From: Actinomycetota bacterium
GTDB taxonomy: Bacteria > Actinomycetota > UBA4738 > HRBIN12
Assembly (NCBI GenBank): GCA_035718185.1
Contig: DASTHN010000069.1
Coordinates: 18,697 to 82,696 of the forward strand
Direction: 5' to 3'
Length of the DNA: 64,000 nt
Below are positions 11,950-18,917 of the stretch, piece by piece. The notes beneath the pieces are model-generated. The model had not been told where the DNA came from. It did no database searches and was given only the letters and a program-made list of their open reading frames with translations. The translations under genes and the position numbers were made by a program. How positions within the stretch are numbered: the first letter of the stretch is position 1; every line of letters begins with the position of its first letter.

Positions 11950-11967
11950 TTGTGAACCGCTTCACAA
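11950..11967. promoter_or_regulatory. Rex operator (ROP), perfect inverted repeat TTGTGAA-CCGC-TTCACAA
   Basis: Read directly: ttgtgaaccgcttcacaa, 25 nt upstream of the GTG of the reductase-nuo operon. A TACCAT -10-like hexamer lies just upstream of it on the minus strand. A rex gene is present in the window. Confidence 0.8.
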
Positions 11968-12044
11968 GCGATGGTACCCGCACTCGGCGGGAATCACGAA
12001 CGGTACGGTGCGAGCCACTGCCATGCAACCGCTCGAGCGCCGCC

Positions 12045-12470
12045 TCAGCCTCGCGCGTGGTCCCAGGCGAGGGCCCGCTCGGGCACGAGTCGAAGGAACG
12101 CGAGCCCGCGGATCTCCTCGGCGAAGCGCTCGAACCCATCCGACGACAGGAGCGGGCGGTACTTCTCGTGCCACGCTGAGATCGGCCCGCGCATCGACGG
12201 GTGCTCGGCCGGCAGGGGCTCGGCCGCGCCCTCGAGCACGACACCGGCGATCTCGGTCCAGCTCCGCCCGACGTCGATCGTGATCGAGACCCGTGGATCG
12301 GCCTGGACGTTCCGCCACGTCCGGCTCTCGCGGCGGGTCGAGACGTACAGGGCGTCCTCGAGCCACACGAACCACAGCGGAACGACGTGCGGCGACCCGC
12401 CGGGCGACACCGTCGCCACGGACACGACGGGCAGGGCGCCGAACAGCTTGCGCGCGGTCGCGAGCTCCAT
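12045..12470 (-). CDS. pyridoxamine 5'-phosphate oxidase (PPOX/FMN-binding split-barrel) family protein
   Basis: MELATARKLFGALPVVSVATVSPGGSPHVVPLWFVWLEDALYVST..., typical PPOX-class fold sequence. ORF 12045..12665 trimmed to the ATG at 12470. Confidence 0.7.
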   Translation of the reverse strand: MELATARKLFGALPVVSVATVSPGGSPHVVPLWFVWLEDALYVSTRRESRTWRNVQADPRVSITIDVGRSWTEIAGVVLEGAAEPLPAEHPSMRGPISAWHEKYRPLLSSDGFERFAEEIRGLAFLRLVPERALAWDHARG

Positions 12471-12471
12471 C

Positions 12472-13353
12472 TCAGCGCTCCCCGAGGCGCATCGCCTGGG
12501 CGACGCGACGCAGCGCGACGGCCGCCACGGGCTCCAGCCGCGCTCCCTCCAGGGCCGCGACCGCCTCCGCGACCAGCACCCCGACACGGTCGGCCGCGCC
12601 GACCGGCGCCTCATGGTCCAGCACGTCGTCGCGGAGCTGGAACGCCTCGCCCGCGGGACGCCCATAGGCGAGGAGCCTGGCCTCCAGCTCCCCGGGCGCC
12701 CCGGCGAGGGCCGCCCCGATCAGCAGGGGCCCCTCCACCGTGTACGAGCCGGTCTTGAGCTCGGCCACATGCTCGGCGGACGCGAGGTCACGCCGCGGGG
12801 CCCCGAGGAGGTCCAGGTATTGCCCGGCCGCCATCTCCAGGCGCATCCGGTCGAACCGGGTCGATGCCTCCTCGAGCCGCCCGGGCGGGAACCCCGAGGT
12901 CCGGAACATCGCCTCGGCCAGCACCGCGGCCAGGTCGCCGACGAGCACCGCCACCGAGCGTCCGCGCAGGCCCGACACGCCGGGGAACGCTCGCGAGAAC
13001 CGGACGTGCGTCGTCTCGACCCCGCGACGCTCGGTGGCCTCGTCCATGACGTCGTCGTGCACGAGCGCGAACGTGTGCAGCAGCTCCAGCGCGGCGGCCG
13101 CGCGCACGATCGGATCACCCTCCGCCCCGCCGGTCGCCCGGTACCCCAGATAGCAGAAGGCCGGTCTCAGGCGCTTGCCGCCAGCCCCGAGCAGGCGCTG
13201 GAGCTCCTCGACCAGCACCGCCGCCGAGGGGTCGAGCGCCGCGAGCTCGTCCCGGCGCGCCCGGAGCTCCGACGTGAGCACGCCGTCGACGCGCGAGCGC
13301 ACCGCCTCCACGATCGGCGGTGCGAGGTCCGTCCAGCCGGCCGCCGAGTCCAC
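12472..13353 (-). CDS. polyprenyl diphosphate synthase (trans-isoprenyl diphosphate synthase)
   Basis: Two Asp-rich motifs, LVHDDVMD and FQLRDDVLD. The GTG start at 13353 is the only start codon upstream of the domain. Confidence 0.85.
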   Translation of the reverse strand: MDSAAGWTDLAPPIVEAVRSRVDGVLTSELRARRDELAALDPSAAVLVEELQRLLGAGGKRLRPAFCYLGYRATGGAEGDPIVRAAAALELLHTFALVHDDVMDEATERRGVETTHVRFSRAFPGVSGLRGRSVAVLVGDLAAVLAEAMFRTSGFPPGRLEEASTRFDRMRLEMAAGQYLDLLGAPRRDLASAEHVAELKTGSYTVEGPLLIGAALAGAPGELEARLLAYGRPAGEAFQLRDDVLDHEAPVGAADRVGVLVAEAVAALEGARLEPVAAVALRRVAQAMRLGER

Positions 13354-13365
13354 GGGCGCAGTATC

Positions 13366-13385
13366 GCAGCCACGGCCGTGGCTGC
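13366..13385. promoter_or_regulatory. 20-bp perfect palindrome GCAGCCACGG/CCGTGGCTGC in a divergent promoter region
   Basis: Read directly. It occupies a third of the 66-nt gap between the polyprenyl synthase and ctaA-ctaB starts. Confidence 0.45.
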
Positions 13386-13419
13386 TATCGTTCTGCGAAC
13401 GTTCCGGCCCACCCACCGC

Positions 13420-15234
13420 ATGACCCGCTTCCAGAAACTGGCGCTCGCGACCGCGGCCACCACCGTCGTGCTGTTCGCCGTGGGCGGACTCGTCCGAGGG
13501 ACCGGGTCCGGGCTCGGGTGCTCGACGTGGCCGGCGTGCGAGCCCGGCGCCCTGTTCCCGAGCGGAACGGTCCACTCGATCATCGAGTTCTCGCATCGCG
13601 CGCTCGCGTTCGTCGTGATCGTGCTCACGCTCTCGTGTGCCCTCGTGGCGTGGCTCGACCGCCGTCGCGAGCCCGGGCTGCTGTGGCCGGCGCTCGTGTC
13701 GTTCCCGCTCGTGATGGCGCAGGCGGCGCTCGGCGGCGTGGTCGTCGCGACCGAGCTGAACCCCTGGTGGGTGACCGCGCACTTCGTCGCCGCGCTCGCC
13801 CTGATCGCCGATGTGATCGTGATGGCTGCGTGGGCGCTCGTTCCCGCGGTCCGCGCGGCACGGTGGCGTGGGTTCCCCCTCCTCACGCTAGCGACGACCG
13901 GGTTCACCGCCGCGCTGCTCCTCGTGGGGACGTACATCCGCGCCAAGGGTCCCGCGTACGGGATCGCCTTCCAGGACTGGCCGCTCATGGACGGCCGGCT
14001 GGTGCCCACGCTCGGCGGCGTCCGCACGCCGATGTTCCTCCACCGGGTGCTCGCGCTGACCTCGTTCCTGCTGGTCCTGTGGACGGCGATCCGGGCCCGG
14101 ACGATCCGGCCGCGCTCCCGGCCGATCGTCGTCCTGTCGACGACCGCGCTCGCCCTGTTCGCCGCGCAGATCATGGTCGGTGCGGCGAACGTCTGGACGA
14201 GGCTCCGGCCGTGGGCGGTGGTGCTCCACGTGACGTTCGCCGTCCTGGTGTGGGCGGCCCTCGTCGCCCTCGCGGCCGTCGCCCGACGGCTCGGCGCCAC
14301 GACGCCGAGGCCGGAGGAGGCGCTCGCCCGCACGAACGGTCACAAGCGCTCCTTCCGGCAGACGGCCACCGCCTACGTCCAGCTCACCAAGCCCCGGATC
14401 ATCGTCTTGCTCCTGATCACGACCGTGCCGGCGATGATGCTCGCCGGGGGCGGGCTGCCGTCGCTCGGTCTGGTACTCGCGACCCTCGGCGGCGGGACGA
14501 TCGCAGCCGGGTCGGCGAACGCGATCAACTGCTACCTCGACCGCGACATCGACGAGGTGATGCGGCGCACGCGGAGGCGTCCCCTGCCGGCGCACCAGGT
14601 GGAACCCGAGCGGGCGCTGGCGTTCGGCTTCGTCCTCGGCGTCATCTCGTACGTGTTCCTGTCGGTGACCGTGAACGTGCTCGCGGCGTCGCTCGCGCTC
14701 TCGGCGATCGCCTTCTACGTGTTCGTCTACACGATGTGGCTCAAGCGCACGAGCACGCAGAACATCGTGATCGGCGGCGCCGCGGGCGCGGTGCCGGCGC
14801 TCGTCGGCTGGGCCGCGGTGACCGGGGCCGTCGCCCCGCCCGCGTGGATCCTGTTCGCCATCGTGTTCGTGTGGACGCCGCCCCACTTCTGGGCGCTCGC
14901 GATGCGGTACGCGGGCGACTACGCGGCGGCCGGGGTGCCGATGCTCCCGGTCGTCCGCGGCGAGGGCGAGACGCGGCGCCAGATCCTCCTGTACTCGCTC
15001 GCGCTGTTCGGGACCACCCTGCTGCTCGTGCCCGTCGGCGACATGGGCGCGATCTACACGGCCACGGCGATCGCGCTCGGCGGCGCGTTCGTCTGGCGCG
15101 CGCTCCGGCTGTGGCGCTCGAGCGCCCCCGCCGAGTCGATGCGGCTGTTCCGGTACTCGATCGTCTACCTGGGGCTGCTGTTCGCGGCGGTGGCGGTGGA
15201 CACCCTGCTGCCCCTCGGCCGACCGCTCGCCTGA
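13420..15234 (+). CDS. ctaA/ctaB: fused heme A synthase (CtaA/COX15) - protoheme IX farnesyltransferase (CtaB/COX10)
   Basis: The N-terminal half has the CtaA pattern (GSGLGCSTWPAC, 8 TM with conserved His). The C-terminal half is UbiA-type (NCYLDRDIDEVMRRTRRRPL, WTPPHFWALA). One uninterrupted frame of 604 aa from the ATG at 13420. Confidence 0.88.
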   Translation: MTRFQKLALATAATTVVLFAVGGLVRGTGSGLGCSTWPACEPGALFPSGTVHSIIEFSHRALAFVVIVLTLSCALVAWLDRRREPGLLWPALVSFPLVMAQAALGGVVVATELNPWWVTAHFVAALALIADVIVMAAWALVPAVRAARWRGFPLLTLATTGFTAALLLVGTYIRAKGPAYGIAFQDWPLMDGRLVPTLGGVRTPMFLHRVLALTSFLLVLWTAIRARTIRPRSRPIVVLSTTALALFAAQIMVGAANVWTRLRPWAVVLHVTFAVLVWAALVALAAVARRLGATTPRPEEALARTNGHKRSFRQTATAYVQLTKPRIIVLLLITTVPAMMLAGGGLPSLGLVLATLGGGTIAAGSANAINCYLDRDIDEVMRRTRRRPLPAHQVEPERALAFGFVLGVISYVFLSVTVNVLAASLALSAIAFYVFVYTMWLKRTSTQNIVIGGAAGAVPALVGWAAVTGAVAPPAWILFAIVFVWTPPHFWALAMRYAGDYAAAGVPMLPVVRGEGETRRQILLYSLALFGTTLLLVPVGDMGAIYTATAIALGGAFVWRALRLWRSSAPAESMRLFRYSIVYLGLLFAAVAVDTLLPLGRPLA

Positions 15235-15258
15235 CCGCCGCCCCACGCCTGGTCGGGC

Positions 15259-15774
15259 TCAGCCGACCGAGGCTCGTCTGATCAACGACCGCAGCGTCCC
15301 GGCGTCGAGCGCCCCGACCGCCCGGAAGCGGAGCTCGCCCGACCCGTCGACGACGACGGTCGCCGGCAGGTACGGCACGCCGAACCGGTAGGCAAGGGCG
15401 CCCGAGGGGTCCTCGAGACTCGGATACGCGACCTCGAACTCGTTCAGGTAGGCGCGGGCGGCCGCGGCGTCGTCGCGGTAGTTAACGCCGACGAACACCG
15501 CGCCATCCTCGCCCTGCTCGGCCGCCACCAACGACAGGGCGGGTTGCTCCTCGCGACAGGGCCCGCACCACGTCGCCCAGAAGTTCACGACGAGGACGCG
15601 CCCGGCGTGGTCGGTGGGCGCGAGGTGGCCGCCCTGCAGCGTGGTGCCCGAGAGCGCCGGCGCCCGCCCCGAGACCTCGGAGATGCCGGCCGGGCCGTCG
15701 GCCGCGCCGCTCGAACAGGCGACGAGCGCGAGGGATGCGGCGACGACAGCGAGGACCCGCTTCATGGCGCCCAT
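15259..15774 (-). CDS. TlpA/ResA-like thiol-disulfide oxidoreductase lipoprotein
   Basis: Lipobox LALVAC. Thioredoxin motif FWATWCGPC. Last gene of the oxidase block. Confidence 0.85.
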   Translation of the reverse strand: MGAMKRVLAVVAASLALVACSSGAADGPAGISEVSGRAPALSGTTLQGGHLAPTDHAGRVLVVNFWATWCGPCREEQPALSLVAAEQGEDGAVFVGVNYRDDAAAARAYLNEFEVAYPSLEDPSGALAYRFGVPYLPATVVVDGSGELRFRAVGALDAGTLRSLIRRASVG

Positions 15775-15804
15775 GCTCTCACCCGGCCACGCGAGGGCCG
15801 TCGG

Positions 15805-17100
15805 TCACTCGACCGCGACGACCCCGTTCATGTTCGGGTGGATCACGCAGGAGAAGTAGTAGCTGCCCGCCTCGAGCGCCGGGATCTGGTAGTCGGCCTC
15901 ACCCGGGCCCGTGACGAGGTCGCCCTCGAACAGCGTCTGGGTCTTGCTCTCATCCGTCGCGATCGAGATGTTGTGCTGCACCCCGGCGTCCTGGTTCATG
16001 AAGTGGATCGTGGAGGGCTGGCCGGCCGGCAGGGCGATCTCGGCGGTGTCGAAGGCGATCCCCTGCGCGGTCACCGTGGTGGTCGCCCCGCCCCCGGCTT
16101 CGCCGCCGGTCGGCCCGCTGACCGGACCGGTCTGGGGCGGCTGCCCGCCGCCGCCGCCTCCGCCCCCACCGCCGCCGCCCCCGCCGCCGACCACGACGGT
16201 GCCGCTCATGGTCGGATGGACGTCGCAGTGGAAGTAGTACTCGCCCGCCGGCAGCGGCGGGATCTGGTATTCGACCTTCCCCGGACCGGTAACGAGCTCG
16301 CCCTGGAACAGGACCTTGGCCAGCGTGTCGTCCTCGAAGATCGCGATGTTGTGCTGGACGCCGGCGTCGCGATTGTCGAAGACGATCGTCGACGCCGTGT
16401 CCGCGGGCAGCTCGATGGTGTCGGTGTCGAAGGCGATGTTCTGCGCCGCGACCTGGATCGACGGTCCGCCGCCGCCTCCGCCGCCACCGCCACCGCCCTC
16501 GACGGCCTCGATGGTCCCGGTCATGGTCGGATGCACCACGCAGTTGAACGCGTACGTCCCGGGATCGAGCGCGGGCACGTCGTACGTGAACTTCGCCGGG
16601 CCGGTCACCAGGTCACCCTGGAACGTCGGCGTCCCCGAGGGATCCGGTCCCGGGAAGATCTGGACGTTGTGCTGGACGCCGGCGTCCTGGTTGTCCAGGA
16701 CGATCTGGAACGGCTGGCCCGCCGGCACGGTCACGGACGTCGGGTCGAAGGCCAGGTTGACGGCCACGATCGTGATCGCCTGGGACGGGCCTTCTCCCCC
16801 GCCACCCTCCGCGCCGGTCTCGAGCGACGCGACGGCGATGCCGCCGGCCACCATCGCGACGCCGGCGACCGCGCCGACCATCCCCGCGAGGCTGGACATG
16901 CGGACGTACTGCCGGCCCGCGACGACCGCGGAGACCACCACGATCGCGAGCGCCACCAGGAGCGCCGTCGCCGTCGCCGCGTTGTGCGGGATCGCCAGCA
17001 GGATGCGCGAGAACCCGAACAGCACGCCCACGATGATCACGAGGATCCCGACCGGAAGCACGATCGGCAGGACGAGCCGGTCCCGGGTCGACCGCCTCAC
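15805..17100 (-). CDS. membrane-anchored protein with three tandem type-1 copper (cupredoxin) domains joined by poly-Gly linkers
   Basis: Three N-terminal TM helices, then three repeats each carrying GVQHN...C-x2-H-P-x-M (NCVVHPTM, HCDVHPTM, SCVIHPNM). Confidence 0.85.
   Translation of the reverse strand: MRRSTRDRLVLPIVLPVGILVIIVGVLFGFSRILLAIPHNAATATALLVALAIVVVSAVVAGRQYVRMSSLAGMVGAVAGVAMVAGGIAVASLETGAEGGGGEGPSQAITIVAVNLAFDPTSVTVPAGQPFQIVLDNQDAGVQHNVQIFPGPDPSGTPTFQGDLVTGPAKFTYDVPALDPGTYAFNCVVHPTMTGTIEAVEGGGGGGGGGGGPSIQVAAQNIAFDTDTIELPADTASTIVFDNRDAGVQHNIAIFEDDTLAKVLFQGELVTGPGKVEYQIPPLPAGEYYFHCDVHPTMSGTVVVGGGGGGGGGGGGGGGQPPQTGPVSGPTGGEAGGGATTTVTAQGIAFDTAEIALPAGQPSTIHFMNQDAGVQHNISIATDESKTQTLFEGDLVTGPGEADYQIPALEAGSYYFSCVIHPNMNGVVAVE
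16144..16188 (-). repeat. run of 15 consecutive Gly codons (GGN)15, linker 2 of the cupredoxin protein
   Basis: Read directly from the DNA (ccgccgcc... on the plus strand). In frame inside CDS 15805..17100. Confidence 0.9.
16465..16497 (-). repeat. run of 11 consecutive Gly codons, linker 1 of the cupredoxin protein
   Basis: Read directly from the DNA. In frame inside CDS 15805..17100. Confidence 0.9.
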
Positions 17101-17930
17101 GACTTCATCAGCCCCGTTCGCACGTCGTGCTCCAGACCCGACATCCCCACGGTGTCGAACCCGTCACGCGAGTCCCGCGCGTACCACCGGAACCAGATCG
17201 TGACGATGAACCCCCACAGGATCAGCCCGCCGCCGAGCTTCATCAGCAGACCGGCGATCAGCTGGTCCTCGAGCGCGCCGATGCCCCAGATGCGGGGGAA
17301 GGTCGCGTACACCGCGTAGAGCGGGCTGTGCCCGAAGGTGAGGAAGGACGCCGGGATCGTGGGCGCGAGCGACTGGAAGAACAGGTACATCATCTGGCCG
17401 GGCGGCGAGAGGGAGGGCAGCTCCGGCAGCGGCGACATGACCGGCCACCACATCACGATGCCCGACCCGACGACGAGCACGTGGAGGCAGAAATGGAGGA
17501 GCTCGGAACCGACCGAGGCCTCGACGACGGCGGGCCAGTGCGTGAATAGCAGCACGCCGTTGAAGAGCAGGAGCGCCACGAGCGGCCGCACGAGGAAACG
17601 GAACACCGCGGCGGCCGGCCGTACGCGCAGGAACCCGCGCCACATCCACGTCGGGATGCCGGCGATCAGGAGCGGCGGCGCCACGAGCGTGTAGACCATG
17701 TGCTGGAGCATGTGCACGGCGTAGAGGCGCTCCTCGGCCAGGTCGTGGATCGGCCACGTCGAGACGACGAACAGCGCCAGCATCCCGATCGAGAACAACA
17801 CCGTCCGGCGGGTGGCGCCATCCGCCCCCGACGGATCGCCCTCGTGGTGGTTGCTCACCGCGACGAGGTACGCGGCCCAGAGCCCTCCGAGGAGCACCGC
17901 GACGTCGGGGTGAACGTGGAACGCCGGCAT
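17097..17930 (-). CDS. ctaG: cytochrome c oxidase assembly factor CtaG (caa3/Bacillus type)
   Basis: Multi-TM protein with HMLQHMVYTLVAPPLLIAGIP, a motif I recall as typical of the Caa3_CtaG family. The ATG at 17930 lies 2 nt after the ctaF stop. Confidence 0.78.
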   Translation of the reverse strand: MPAFHVHPDVAVLLGGLWAAYLVAVSNHHEGDPSGADGATRRTVLFSIGMLALFVVSTWPIHDLAEERLYAVHMLQHMVYTLVAPPLLIAGIPTWMWRGFLRVRPAAAVFRFLVRPLVALLLFNGVLLFTHWPAVVEASVGSELLHFCLHVLVVGSGIVMWWPVMSPLPELPSLSPPGQMMYLFFQSLAPTIPASFLTFGHSPLYAVYATFPRIWGIGALEDQLIAGLLMKLGGGLILWGFIVTIWFRWYARDSRDGFDTVGMSGLEHDVRTGLMKS

Positions 17931-17932
17931 CG

Positions 17933-18277
17933 TCACCCCGAGAACGTCCGGAACATCAGCAGGACCGCGATGAACAGGGTCAGCGCGCCGGCGATCCCCA
18001 GGAGGAAGAACCGCGCGTACGTGCGGCTGTCGAACCGCAGGTGCATGAACCACAGGACGACGAGCGAGAACTTGATCACCGCGAACAGGAACAGGAGCGG
18101 GATCAGCAGGCCGTGCTCGTGGACCCAGTCGAGGTAGTAGATCGCCACCTCGGCCGCGGTCACGAGCGCGAGCACGACGGCGATGCGGACGTACTCCCTC
18201 GGGCTCGGATGCCGAGCCCACCGACCGCCCCCCCGAGGCGCGGTCGCGACCTCGTGCTCGGCCCCCGCGCTTCCCAC
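17933..18277 (-). CDS. ctaF: cytochrome c oxidase subunit IV (CtaF-like, 3 TM)
   Basis: C-terminal ~100 aa of ORF 17933..18826 form 3 TM helices with ...VVLWFMHLRF.... The start is uncertain (GTG at 18277, 18286 or 18289, after a GGAGG). Confidence 0.65.
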   Translation of the reverse strand: MGSAGAEHEVATAPRGGGRWARHPSPREYVRIAVVLALVTAAEVAIYYLDWVHEHGLLIPLLFLFAVIKFSLVVLWFMHLRFDSRTYARFFLLGIAGALTLFIAVLLMFRTFSG

Positions 18278-18294
18278 CCCTTCCACCACGCCTC

Positions 18295-18909
18295 CTACCG
18301 TCCGGTCGGGATCAGGTACACGATCGTGAAGATCACGATCCACACGATGTCGACGAAGTGCCAGTAGAGCCCGACGAGCTCGACCGTAAGGGAGTCCCGT
18401 TGGGTGATCCGCCCGCCGAACGACATCGCGAACAGCGACAGCAGCATCAGGATGCCGATCGCGACGTGCGTCCCGTGGAACCCGGTGAGCACGTAGAACG
18501 TGGTGCCGAACAGGTTCGTCGTGAGCTTCAGGCCCTCGTCGTAGAACGTCGTGAACTCGTACACCTGGCCGCCGACGAACGTCATCCCGAGCATGGCGGT
18601 CGCCAGCAGCCACAGCCGCATCCGCGGCAGATCCCCACGCTGCACCGCCGCGAGCGCCAGCACCATCGTGAGCGAGCTGGCGAGCAGCACGAACGACGAC
18701 ACGGACGTGTACGGGATGTCGAACACGTCGTTCGGGTACGGCCCCACGACGCTCCGTCCCCGGTACACCACGTAGCTCGTGATCAGCGCGCCGAAGAGCA
18801 GCACGTCCGAGGCCAGGAAGATCCACATCGCGAGCTTCGTGTTCGGCAGACCCGTGCTCGTGGCCTCGTGCTCGCTCTCGAAGGCGTGGGCGGCGGCGGA
18901 CTCCTGCAT
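18295..18909 (-). CDS. ctaE: cytochrome c oxidase subunit III
   Basis: MQESAAAHAFESEHE...LAMWIFLASDVLLFGALI...FYVLTGFHGTHVAIG...YWHFVDIVWI. Confidence 0.9.
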   Translation of the reverse strand: MQESAAAHAFESEHEATSTGLPNTKLAMWIFLASDVLLFGALITSYVVYRGRSVVGPYPNDVFDIPYTSVSSFVLLASSLTMVLALAAVQRGDLPRMRLWLLATAMLGMTFVGGQVYEFTTFYDEGLKLTTNLFGTTFYVLTGFHGTHVAIGILMLLSLFAMSFGGRITQRDSLTVELVGLYWHFVDIVWIVIFTIVYLIPTGR

Positions 18910-18917
18910 GCGCGCTC

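Noticed and set aside
10060-11955. Long antisense or alternative-frame ORFs throughout the window. Examples: 10060..11955+, 15544..17319+, 19071..20867+, 25437..27344-, 44276..46792+, 53682..55682+ and 61174..62592-.
   Set aside because: Their translations are dominated by Arg, Pro, Gly, Asp and His runs and have no motifs. Each overlaps a gene with clear family signatures on the other strand or frame. This is the typical stop-codon depletion of ~70% GC DNA.
11971-15234. A 1087-aa plus-strand ORF spanning the PPOX and polyprenyl synthase region.
   Set aside because: Only the last 604 codons (from the ATG at 13420) have membrane-protein composition and CtaA/CtaB motifs. The upstream part is the antisense shadow of minus-strand genes in a high-GC genome.
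16144-16497. GC-rich trinucleotide runs, plus the 27.2-27.4 kb repeats, considered as a possible CRISPR array or non-coding tandem repeat array.
   Set aside because: They are in frame inside well-supported CDSs and encode poly-Gly linkers and an Ala/Pro tract. There is no repeat-spacer architecture and no cas genes.
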